Positions 8,365-16,562 of a stretch of DNA of 51,622 bases are shown piece after piece. Source of the stretch: Candidatus Iainarchaeum sp. (GTDB lineage: Archaea; Iainarchaeota; Iainarchaeia; Iainarchaeales; UBA10191); assembly GCA_030649735.1 (NCBI GenBank), contig JAUSFL010000018.1, forward strand, positions 1 through 51,622, written 5' to 3'. The translations under genes were made by a program, and so were the position numbers. Position 1 is the stretch's first letter. Every line of letters begins with the position of its first letter. The notes beneath the pieces were generated by a model. It ran no database searches. It saw nothing but the letters and a program-made list of their open reading frames with translations, and was not told the origin of the DNA.

Positions 8365-9144
8365 TTAGATTAATTTCCTTAATTCTTTCGAGTTCTTTAA
8401 TGCGGTGTCAAGCGCTGTGTCTATTTCTGAAGCCGTGAAGCTTCCCAAGCCGCCTTTTTGGAATGCTGAAAAATACTCGTCTTCAGTCACTGCGACTGAA
8501 AATCTTGCGCTTTGCGCTCTTTCTTCGGCAAAGGTAGCGTCAGAAACTATTGCATTGCCGATTTTTGAGACAGTGCAGAGAATTGGCTTTCTTGAAAGCT
8601 TTACTTTGCCCTTGAACTCGCCTTTCACTACTTTTCCGTCCTCAAACTTTGGCATTTTGCTGTCAAGGAGTGCAGTGATTGAAGCGATTGCCGCGGCATC
8701 GAACAAATTTCCGTCATGGTTTATTGCGTAAATGTCCACGAACGCGTTCCATGCGTACTTTCCTGATTCAATGCTCCATTCTGCAAAGTCAATGCATTTG
8801 CTTTCGCGAATTCCCCTGTCAACGACTCTTGAAAGCTCTATTGACTCCGGGCTTGGCGGCCCTGACTCGAAAGTCGGGGATGCTATTGGCAAAAATTCTG
8901 CGCCAACGCTCAAGCTTCCGTCGTCCGGAGTGTCCGGGAACGGCGTCATTGGAAGGATTTTTACTCCAACAATCACGTCTGTTTCTCCAAGCCTGACTCT
9001 TGCAGTTCCTTCGGCATTTTCTGAAATGTTCCTTTCAATGCTTAATTTCCTGTATTCGTCAAACTTTCTTCCGTCAAGCCTTTTTCCTTCACGAATTGTC
9101 TGTAACACTTTGTCTGTCCTTAAATCACAAATGAGGCTGCTCAT
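8365..9144 (-). CDS. rrp42: Exosome subunit Rrp42
   Basis: GKRLDGRKFDEYR, GPP...ELSRVVDRGIRES, DGNLFDA. Confidence 0.95.
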   Translation of the reverse strand: MSSLICDLRTDKVLQTIREGKRLDGRKFDEYRKLSIERNISENAEGTARVRLGETDVIVGVKILPMTPFPDTPDDGSLSVGAEFLPIASPTFESGPPSPESIELSRVVDRGIRESKCIDFAEWSIESGKYAWNAFVDIYAINHDGNLFDAAAIASITALLDSKMPKFEDGKVVKGEFKGKVKLSRKPILCTVSKIGNAIVSDATFAEERAQSARFSVAVTEDEYFSAFQKGGLGSFTASEIDTALDTALKNSKELRKLI

Positions 9145-9944
9145 TGCTTATCACTTCCGTCGTTTGATGGCGTTGATTCAAAATTCTTGTACTTTTCCAA
9201 AAGCGCCTGCTTTTGAAGCTCGTGCACTTTTTTTATTGCCGCAAATGCCTTTGTCCTTGCTTCAACCCATTCTTTTTTTGAAAGCAAGCCGTCCATTTGC
9301 AAAAGCACTATTTCTTCGCTGTTTGGCAAAATTGCTATTGGAATGTCGACTGCGTCAGGCGCGTCTTCCTCGTACTTGTTCAAGTCTACAATTATGTTTC
9401 CGCCTGCTTTTCCTACTGCAACTCCTGCAATCATGTCCCTCATTGGAATTCCTGCATCAGCGACTGCAACTGCCGCGGTTGTTAGCGCGGCAATTCTTGT
9501 TCCTGCATTGCTGTCCAAGACTTCAACGTAAATGTCTATTGCAGTGTTCGGGAATTTTTCAGTGAAAATTGCCCTTTCGAATGCTTCGCTCGAAACTTTT
9601 GAGATTTCAACGTCTCTTCTTCCAGGCCTTGGGTTTTTCCTGTCTGGAACTGAAAAAGTCGCCATTCTGTAAGTGTAGCGGACCATTGCCTTGTAAGGGT
9701 TTGCAGTGTGCTTTGGCAGGCATTCTCTCGGCCCGTAAACTGCTGCTATGACTTTGTTCTGTCCCCATTCTAAATATGCGCTTCCGTCAGCGTTTGGAAC
9801 TACTCCAACTTTTATCTTGATTGGGCGTGTTTCGTCAACAGTCCTTCCGTCAAGCCTTTTTCCTTGCTTGTTCACGTACTCCAAGTTTTCCTTGGATTTG
9901 CTTTCTTTCTTTGATTCTTTTTCTTCTTTCTTTTTAGTTGCCAT
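9141..9944 (-). CDS. rrp41: Exosome subunit Rrp41 (start moved to ATG 9944)
   Basis: RLDGR...ADGSAYLEWGQNK..AAVYGPRE, YRMATFSVPDRK, AGTR, LLQMDG. Confidence 0.95.
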   Translation of the reverse strand: MATKKKEEKESKKESKSKENLEYVNKQGKRLDGRTVDETRPIKIKVGVVPNADGSAYLEWGQNKVIAAVYGPRECLPKHTANPYKAMVRYTYRMATFSVPDRKNPRPGRRDVEISKVSSEAFERAIFTEKFPNTAIDIYVEVLDSNAGTRIAALTTAAVAVADAGIPMRDMIAGVAVGKAGGNIIVDLNKYEEDAPDAVDIPIAILPNSEEIVLLQMDGLLSKKEWVEARTKAFAAIKKVHELQKQALLEKYKNFESTPSNDGSDKQ

Positions 9945-10671
9945 TAAAATCACTCTCGTTTGATAATTCTTCAAAAACTTCCTTGTCCAATTTTTCAACC
10001 TCTTTTATTTCTTCAGGCTTTGCGGCTTCTCCAGCCAAAGGCTTTGAGGGAAACTTCACGCTCTTGTTGCTTTGTGAAATGAAGTCCTGCAGTTTTACTG
10101 TCAGGTTTTCCAAGTGCGCTTCAACCTCGATTTTTTTTATTGAGCCAATCAGCAATGGAAGGTTTCCTCCCTTTGCCCAAATCCAGCCGTTCCTTCCCAC
10201 AAGGATTGTCGAATTTGTTCCGCGCTTCAATACTTCAAGCATGCTTGCGTTCTTTCCAATCACTCTTGGAATTTTCACTGGCGAGATTGAAATTATTTCC
10301 CCGCCGTAAAAAACCCTGACTTGGGAAAGCTCTGCTTCCTTCAATTCGTTAACGTCAATCACTCTTGCTGAAATAATGTATCCTGGCTTCATTTGCTCCC
10401 TGACTTCTTTTTTTGAAATAAAGCTTTGCGTGAAAGAGTTCAATTCAACCATGTATCCTGTCGCTTTTTCGCTTGCTATTACTCCGACAATCACGTCTTC
10501 GCTTTTTGGAATGTAAAATCCTTCCAAGGCAACGACTGCCACTTCAGTGGGCCTTTCGTCAACAATGCCCAAGACATCAGAATAAATCCTTCCATTCTGC
10601 AGGAAAACGTGCTCTCCTGTCCTTTTTCTTTCAATGCTTACAATCTCTCCTGGCACTACTATTTTTTTCAT
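9934..10671 (-). CDS. rrp4: Exosome RNA-binding subunit Rrp4
   Basis: IVVPGE, YIPK..DVIVG (S1), PRVIGKNASM...GRNGWIW (KH). Confidence 0.93.
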   Translation of the reverse strand: MKKIVVPGEIVSIERKRTGEHVFLQNGRIYSDVLGIVDERPTEVAVVALEGFYIPKSEDVIVGVIASEKATGYMVELNSFTQSFISKKEVREQMKPGYIISARVIDVNELKEAELSQVRVFYGGEIISISPVKIPRVIGKNASMLEVLKRGTNSTILVGRNGWIWAKGGNLPLLIGSIKKIEVEAHLENLTVKLQDFISQSNKSVKFPSKPLAGEAAKPEEIKEVEKLDKEVFEELSNESDFNGN

Positions 10672-10714
10672 TGGTTAAAAACCTCCGGTTTCTTTTTTTT
10701 CCATAAATGCTTTT

Positions 10715-11404
10715 TTACAATATTTTTGTTTCAACATTCCCGTGCGTTAAATGGTTCAATTCATTGAACAGGTCGTTTTTCATTCCGACTGGCAGTTCAA
10801 AAACAGCCACAATGCTTCCGTCGCTTTGCCATTCCTGCTTTATTGCGGCATACTTGTGAAGCAATGGCCCGGCTTTTCCTGAAAATTCAGCGGGAACTTT
10901 GACCGCGACCTTCAATTTGTCCATTGAAAGCGGAATCAACTTTCGAATTTCCTTCAAAATTTCCGGAATTTGCTCTTGCACGCTTTTGAAAACATCAACC
11001 TGCACTTTTGCCTCATTCATTGCATTTTCAATCCTTACTGCAGGATGGGGCGCTTTTGTTTGCGGGTTGATTGCATTGCTTGAAATGAACGCTATGATTT
11101 CTTTCCTTTTTTGCTCGTGCATCCTCCGCCTTTGATCTGTCGTTAATTGGACTTCCCCGTCCTTGATTATTTTGAGCGCAATTTCCTTCAGGTCTGTTGT
11201 TCCGAAAACCTTTTTGACTGTTTCTTCAGAGGCTTCCTCGCCCTTGTTCGCGTCCTTGTACACTGCTTCGTTCGCCAAAAGGCTTTCGAAATCAATGCTT
11301 TTTCCCTGCCTTACAAGCAATGCAAGGTCTGGATCTACAAGGATTTCAAACTTGTGCCCCGAATGCTCAAAACGCGCAATTACTGCGTCCTCCATTTTCA
11401 CCAT
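10715..11404 (-). CDS. Ribosome maturation factor SBDS/Sdo1
   Basis: ARF...G.KFEILVDP, GEVQLTTDQRR, NPQTKAPHP..RIENAM. Confidence 0.95.
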   Translation of the reverse strand: MVKMEDAVIARFEHSGHKFEILVDPDLALLVRQGKSIDFESLLANEAVYKDANKGEEASEETVKKVFGTTDLKEIALKIIKDGEVQLTTDQRRRMHEQKRKEIIAFISSNAINPQTKAPHPAVRIENAMNEAKVQVDVFKSVQEQIPEILKEIRKLIPLSMDKLKVAVKVPAEFSGKAGPLLHKYAAIKQEWQSDGSIVAVFELPVGMKNDLFNELNHLTHGNVETKIL

Positions 11405-11498
11405 AATGGTTTCGCCCAGTTAACATGCATGCGTTATCTGCAGTTTGCAGACAGCGCTTTTCTTTTTTTAGAAAATGCATTAACAGTTCAAATATGAT

Positions 11499-12236
11499 TT
11501 ATTTTTTTGAAAAATTGGCCAAGTGGCTTTTCATTTCTTCCTTTGGGATTGAATTGTACTTCATTCGCAAGTCAATGTAGCCGAATTCAAGCCTTGAAGG
11601 GTCGAGCTTTTCGCTTTCAGGCAGTGTTTTCTTTATTGCCTTAAGCATTAATGCAATTCCGTCATCGTAAGCCATTTCGTCCTTGAATTCTTTCTCGAAC
11701 AAGTCCATTGCCTCGTTCCTTCCGGCGCCGATTGCAATTGCCCTGTATTCCGCAAGAGCGCCTGAAGGCTCTGTTTCAAAAAGCCTTTTTCCAGACTCGT
11801 CAACTCCGCCAATAATGAATGAAACTCCAAAAGGCCTCATTCCGCCGTACTGCGTGAAAGCCTGCTTTATTCCAGAAATTTCTTTTACCAATGTTTCAAC
11901 ATGAATTGGCTCTTCGTAATAGACCATGTTTTCCTGCGCTTTCTGCCTTGCGATTTCCACAAGTCGCCTGGCGTCTCCGACCAATCCAGAGCTTACTGCG
12001 GCAATGTGGTCGTCAATTACAAATAGTTTTTCAATGCTTTCCGGAATCAAAAGCTTGCTTGAAGTTTTCTTGTCAACTCCAAAAAGAACGCCCTTGTCGT
12101 AAACAAGTCCAAGGCCTAAAGTTCCTTGCGAAACGATTTTTGACGCGTATTCAACCTGGTACAGCCTTCCGTCTGGGGAAAACATTGTGGCCGCGCGGTC
12201 GTAAGCTGACATTTTAGGGCTAGGATACATTTTCAT
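11499..12236 (-). CDS. psmA: Proteasome alpha subunit
   Basis: YDRAATMFSPDGRLYQVEYA, SGLVGDAR, TQYGGMRPFGVS. Confidence 0.97.
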   Translation of the reverse strand: MKMYPSPKMSAYDRAATMFSPDGRLYQVEYASKIVSQGTLGLGLVYDKGVLFGVDKKTSSKLLIPESIEKLFVIDDHIAAVSSGLVGDARRLVEIARQKAQENMVYYEEPIHVETLVKEISGIKQAFTQYGGMRPFGVSFIIGGVDESGKRLFETEPSGALAEYRAIAIGAGRNEAMDLFEKEFKDEMAYDDGIALMLKAIKKTLPESEKLDPSRLEFGYIDLRMKYNSIPKEEMKSHLANFSKK

Positions 12237-12374
12237 TCACCTTTGCTTGACTTCTCTCAAAAAAATTGAGCCTATAATTATAATAAAAATTGTGCTTTTC
12301 TCTCAATTGTATAGCATTAAATGAAAGAAAAGGTTTAAAAACTTCCCATAATGTCCAAAAACATTAAACAAGCC

Positions 12375-12737
12375 TTAATGCGGTTTTTTGCGGTTTTTTC
12401 CCGCAATCCAGTTTGCTTTTTTTCTGGCAGCAGCCCTGATTGCAAGCGCATCACTCAAGTGCTTTTGCGATTCTTTTGCATAATTAATAGACTTTTGGGC
12501 CTGCTCTAGGATAATGCTTTCAACAAAACTGGGATCACTGCCCCGCTTTTTGAAATCTGCGGCAATTTCAACATATCCTTTTGCTGACCTGTGAGTCATT
12601 CTTGAAAGGCTTGCGGCAGCCCTGGAATTATACATGCTTGCGCTGGATTTCTTCCTTGCGTTTTTCAAAACATTCAGTGCGAGGGCTTTTCGCGGATGCC
12701 TTATTGTTAATTGGATTCTTTTCAACGAAGGGCTCAT
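12375..12737 (-). CDS. Basic, Ala/Lys/Arg-rich orphan protein
   Basis: 120-aa ORF co-oriented with and ATGA-coupled to pop5, inside the superoperon. Confidence 0.65.
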   Translation of the reverse strand: MSPSLKRIQLTIRHPRKALALNVLKNARKKSSASMYNSRAAASLSRMTHRSAKGYVEIAADFKKRGSDPSFVESIILEQAQKSINYAKESQKHLSDALAIRAAARKKANWIAGKNRKKPH

Positions 12738-13090
12738 TTTCCAACCAGTCCTTTGAGTTTTTTCACGCTTCCGGAAACTGAAACAATCCTTGGAATTGCC
12801 GGAAATCCAGCAATGCTTTTCACGAAAAGCAGCCCTGCCTTTACTTCCTCACAGGTTTCAAGAGAGCATTTCAAAACTCCGAGGTTTTTTTGGCCGTAAA
12901 AGCCAATGAAATGCAATTTTTGCAAGGCCATTCCGCGGCTGCCGAAAATTTCTGCAAACTTTTTTTCAACTTCTTTCTGAACTATTGCAGCACTTAACGG
13001 CTTGTCTGCCAAAAGCTCGAACAAGACATAGCGTTTTTTTCCGCGCTGGCTTGAAGGCAATGCTTTTACGCGCATTTTGATGTTGTTCAT
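12734..13090 (-). CDS. rnp2: RNase P protein Pop5/Rpp14
   Basis: LPSSQRGKKRYVLF...FGSRG...VSGSVKKL. Confidence 0.92.
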   Translation of the reverse strand: MNNIKMRVKALPSSQRGKKRYVLFELLADKPLSAAIVQKEVEKKFAEIFGSRGMALQKLHFIGFYGQKNLGVLKCSLETCEEVKAGLLFVKSIAGFPAIPRIVSVSGSVKKLKGLVGK

Positions 13091-13749
13091 TTTGAAGCCT
13101 CGCTTGCAATGATTTCAAACCCTTCGAGCTTTCCTTTTTTTGCAAGGAATTCTGAAAGCCCGCGCACTTGCTTCAATGCTTTCTCGCGGTCAAATCCCAA
13201 AAGCCCCAAAAAGCTTGCAAAGTCTTTCACTTGCCTTAATTCTTGCGGGCTTTTCGCGCATGAAAACACTGCAACTTGGATTTTGAATTTTTTGCAAAGC
13301 CTTAAGACAAAAATGTAATTCCTCAGCAAGTCTTGCAGGTCTTCAGGCTTGGCGTTCAAGAATTCTGAGAATGAAATCGCAATGCAGACCTTATTTTCTC
13401 CGGCCAAGCGCGCGAGCGCTGCGTCAAACTCCGGCTTTTTTGCAGTGCTGCAAGGCATTAGCAAAAAATCAACCTTGTCGCTGGAGACAGCAAACTTGTT
13501 TCTTTGGATGTTTTTTCCAAAAACAGCAATGAAGTCTGCCTTTTGCCTGAATTTTTGCAGTTCCTGCATGTTCGCGTTAAGCATTAAATGGCAAATTTTA
13601 AAGTTTTCTGCCTTTGCCTTTTCCTTCAACTGCTTTAATTCAAAATCATTCTTGAAAACCTTGCAAATAATGAATTCTTGGCAGAACTTTTTCGCAAAAA
13701 TTTTCAAGTCCAATGAATTGTCAAAAAAATCCAAATCCAGGAAAGGCAT
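13087..13749 (-). CDS. rnp3: RNase P protein Rpp30 (divergent)
   Basis: AVFG.NI..NKFAV...VDFL, LARLAGENKV.I.I.F, S.A.SP.ELR; adjacent to pop5. Confidence 0.82.
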   Translation of the reverse strand: MPFLDLDFFDNSLDLKIFAKKFCQEFIICKVFKNDFELKQLKEKAKAENFKICHLMLNANMQELQKFRQKADFIAVFGKNIQRNKFAVSSDKVDFLLMPCSTAKKPEFDAALARLAGENKVCIAISFSEFLNAKPEDLQDLLRNYIFVLRLCKKFKIQVAVFSCAKSPQELRQVKDFASFLGLLGFDREKALKQVRGLSEFLAKKGKLEGFEIIASEASK

Positions 13750-13788
13750 GAAGAATTTAGGAAAAATGCAGAATTTAAAACCAAGGCA

Positions 13789-14577
13789 TTAACGCACTGG
13801 TTTTTGCCGGAAAATCCCGTTAGAGTACTCAAATCCTTCCGCGCGATTCGGGACTGCCCGAACTCTCAATCCAAGCTTTTTTGCGTCATTGAAAAGAAAA
13901 TTCCGGAAATTGTCTATTTCTTTTTCCATGTCTGCAAATCTTCCATCCATGTAAAGCGCTTTGTATTTTTCCGCGTGCGAAATCGCGGCAGCGCCAATGG
14001 CCTTGATGTTTTCAACTTTCGGGCTTTTTTCGGGAAAACGCATGGAAAAATAGCCAACAAACCTGCCTTTCTCGTCAAGGCATGCCACGTGAGAGTTCCT
14101 GACCTGGTTTTTTCCAGCCAAACGGCGGTTGACATTTTCCAGGAAAGTCAATACATCAGTGGATGAAGGCGTGCTCAGTACTTTCTTGTTTTCGGATTCA
14201 GGAAGCCTTGGAAACCGCTTGTTGATTGCGCCAAGGGAATGCGTGTGAATCAAAGACCTGGTTTCTGGATTGCTGAGAATAATAACCCGGGATTCAGACC
14301 TTGCCCCAAGCTTTGTGTAATAAACTGTTCCGGCCTTTCCTTGCTTTTTTGTCAAAGCAATTTCCCTATTCCGCACGTCGGGCCATTGCTCAATAATCCT
14401 CTTCAATGAGTTTGGCTTTCGCGTGCTGACTTCAATCGGCCTTGCGCCTTCCTTCAGTGTTGAAGGGCTTGGAAGCATTTTCCACAATGCAGCAACTCCA
14501 GTGCCTGCAGCTCCAATCTTTGCTGCATTCCACAAAAAGCGCCTGCGCGTCATTTTTCCAATCGGTTTTGAAGGCAT
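13789..14577 (-). CDS. Orphan with twin-arginine-like signal and JAB/MPN-like motif (start moved to ATG 14577)
   Basis: MPSKPIGKMTRRRFL followed by a hydrophobic stretch; REI...IHTH...PSSTD resembles JAB E-HxH-S-D; TTTTATT about 25 nt upstream. Confidence 0.65.
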   Translation of the reverse strand: MPSKPIGKMTRRRFLWNAAKIGAAGTGVAALWKMLPSPSTLKEGARPIEVSTRKPNSLKRIIEQWPDVRNREIALTKKQGKAGTVYYTKLGARSESRVIILSNPETRSLIHTHSLGAINKRFPRLPESENKKVLSTPSSTDVLTFLENVNRRLAGKNQVRNSHVACLDEKGRFVGYFSMRFPEKSPKVENIKAIGAAAISHAEKYKALYMDGRFADMEKEIDNFRNFLFNDAKKLGLRVRAVPNRAEGFEYSNGIFRQKPVR

Positions 14578-14644
14578 GAAAAAACTAGCGCTTTTAGAGA
14601 ATAAAAGAATTTGCAAAGAATGGAGAATTGAAAAGCAAAATGAA

Positions 14645-15250
14645 TTATTTTGCCTTTCTTCCCTTTGCCCTTGATGAAGGCCTGACTCTTTCAGCGCCGA
14701 TTCCTTTCTTTGACAATCCGCGGCCTTTCTTCGCGCTGGAAGTCAAGCCCCTTAATGCCCTGTTGTCGTGCTGTTTTTCAGCAATCCATTTCAAGTCCTT
14801 GTCTGCCAAGACTGAAGGATGGGACTTGTCCACTAAAATTACTTCAAAGTATGAGTTTTGGCCGTCTTCTCCAACCCAGTAGCTGTTCAATGCTTCGCAA
14901 TTAGTGTATTTTTTTGCAGCGCGCTGTTCTGCAATTGTCTGAATGCCTATTTTTCTTGTAAGCTTGTTGACTCCCATTCTTTTTGCCCTGCGTCCTGCAA
15001 CTGGCCTTTTATGCCCTCCAGAGCCTTTCCTGACCCTGACTCGGACTATAATGACGCCTTGCTTTGCCTTAAACCCCAAGTTTCTAGCGCGGGCAATGTT
15101 TGAAGGATGCTCTAATTTTATGATTGCGTCCTTGTCTTTCCTGAAAGCCTGCATTTTTTCCTGAAAGATTTTCTTGTAATTGTAATCCGGCGATTTTTCC
15201 GCAGAGTATTCCTTTTCGAAGGTTTTCTGCAATTGCTTTGAAAAGCTCAT
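14645..15250 (-). CDS. rpl15e: 50S ribosomal protein L15e
   Basis: ARNLGFKAKQG..IVRVRV, AEQRA, LNSYWVGEDG..YFEVILVD, RGLTS. Confidence 0.97.
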   Translation of the reverse strand: MSFSKQLQKTFEKEYSAEKSPDYNYKKIFQEKMQAFRKDKDAIIKLEHPSNIARARNLGFKAKQGVIIVRVRVRKGSGGHKRPVAGRRAKRMGVNKLTRKIGIQTIAEQRAAKKYTNCEALNSYWVGEDGQNSYFEVILVDKSHPSVLADKDLKWIAEKQHDNRALRGLTSSAKKGRGLSKKGIGAERVRPSSRAKGRKAK

Positions 15251-15295
15251 AACATCCTGCTCCTAGAAAATTCAAAAAAACACTAGTTCAAAAAT

Positions 15296-15373
15296 ATTAT
15301 CAAAAGACACTTAGTAGAATTTCTCGAATAATGTCTTTTGATAATTTATCAAATGATTTTTATCATTTGATAA
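15296..15373. repeat. Two adjacent perfect inverted repeats sharing a TTATCAAA/TTTGATAA core
   Basis: ATTATCAAAAGACA (15296-15309) / TGTCTTTTGATAAT (15332-15345); TTATCAAATGAT (15346-15357) / ATCATTTGATAA (15362-15373). Confidence 0.85.
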
Positions 15374-15489
15374 TAGTGCTTAAAATGATTTGTAATAGAG
15401 TAATCTTTTAGAAAAACCTTTAAAAAGCCAATGCTGGCTTTTTAAAATTTCAAAAACTTGAAAGGTTTTTTGAAACCTTTAAAAATCCA

Positions 15490-16449
15490 ATGCTGGGAAA
15501 AAGGCGCTGTTTTATGCAAAAGTGCAATCGCTGTTCGAAAGAGGCAAAAGTTTTCCTTGCCTACGGGCCGCATTCTTTCTGCAAAATGCATTTTTTGGAG
15601 TTTTTTGAAAAGCGCGTTCGCAAAACAATCAACAAATTCAGGCTTGTAAAGCCGGGGGAAAGGATTGCTGTCGGGGTTTCCGGCGGAAAAGACTCAATAA
15701 CCACTTTGCATTTGTTGAAGAAGATTTTCCCAAAAGGGACTGAAATTCACGCAGTCTGCATTGACGAGGGAATCAAAGGCTACAGGGACAAGGCCTTAAA
15801 AATTGCAGAACAGCATTTTGAAGAGCTGGATGTTGATTACACAATTCTGAAAATGAAGAAAGAGCTTGGGTTTTCAATGGCGGAAATAGCAAAAAAGCTT
15901 AATGAAAGAAAGCACTTGCAGGGAACCCAAGGCACTTGCAGCTATTGCGGGGTTTTCAGGAGAAAAATGCTGAATGATTTTGCATTCAAGGAAAAATTTG
16001 ACAAACTGGCGACAGGCCATAATTTGGACGATGAAGTGCAGACGATTTTAATGAATGTCTTGCAGAATGACTTGGCAAAGTTTTCTCGCTTGGGGCCTAT
16101 TGCGGCTGGAGAAAGCAAGCTGTTTGTGCCGCGAATTAAGCCATTGTATGAAACTCCTGAGAAAGAAATCATTGCGTTTTCACAGTACAACGGATGGAAA
16201 GTTTACAATGCTGAATGCTGCCCTTTCAGCCGTCAGGCAAAGCGCAATGCTTTCAGGAAAGCAATGGACGAGATTGAAGGCAAGTACCCTAATGTGAAGT
16301 ATTCTGCAATTTCCTTTTATCAAGGCATCAAGCCGTTCTTGAAGGATTTTGGGAAAGAGTCCAAAATCAGGGCCTGCAAGAGCTGTGGAATGCCTTCTTC
16401 AGGATTTGAGTGCGCTTCCTGCATACAATTAAAAAAATTAAGCAATTAA
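15490..16449 (+). CDS. tRNA 2-thiolation protein TtuA/Ncs6 (TIGR00269-like); may start at ATG 15514
   Basis: N-terminal CxxC...C..HF, PP-loop SGGKDS, CSYC, TGHNLDD, RIKPL, CCPF, C-terminal CxxC...CxxC. Confidence 0.92.
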   Translation: MLGKRRCFMQKCNRCSKEAKVFLAYGPHSFCKMHFLEFFEKRVRKTINKFRLVKPGERIAVGVSGGKDSITTLHLLKKIFPKGTEIHAVCIDEGIKGYRDKALKIAEQHFEELDVDYTILKMKKELGFSMAEIAKKLNERKHLQGTQGTCSYCGVFRRKMLNDFAFKEKFDKLATGHNLDDEVQTILMNVLQNDLAKFSRLGPIAAGESKLFVPRIKPLYETPEKEIIAFSQYNGWKVYNAECCPFSRQAKRNAFRKAMDEIEGKYPNVKYSAISFYQGIKPFLKDFGKESKIRACKSCGMPSSGFECASCIQLKKLSN

Positions 16450-16472
16450 AGATAGTATTACACGGTTTTAAT

Positions 16473-16543
16473 GGGCCCGTGGTTTAACGGTAGAATTTCT
16501 GCTTGACGTGCAGAAGAAGGTGGTCCAACTCCGCCCGGGCCCA
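16473..16543 (+). tRNA. tRNA-Val(GAC), no encoded CCA
   Basis: GGGCCCG/CGGGCCC acceptor; TCTGC-TTGACGT-GCAGA anticodon arm; GGTGG-TCCAACT-CCGCC T arm. Confidence 0.9.
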
Positions 16544-16562
16544 TTCCAAAACTTTTGCAGAA

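Noticed and set aside
8732-9565. 277-aa plus-strand ORF, and the many other 60-180 aa antisense ORFs
   Set aside because: They are shadows of well-supported genes on the opposite strand (here rrp41/rrp42) and have no motifs.
12237-15489. RNase P RNA or other known ncRNA near rnp2/rnp3
   Set aside because: Spacers are short and AT-rich; no GAGGAAAGTCC-type signature seen.
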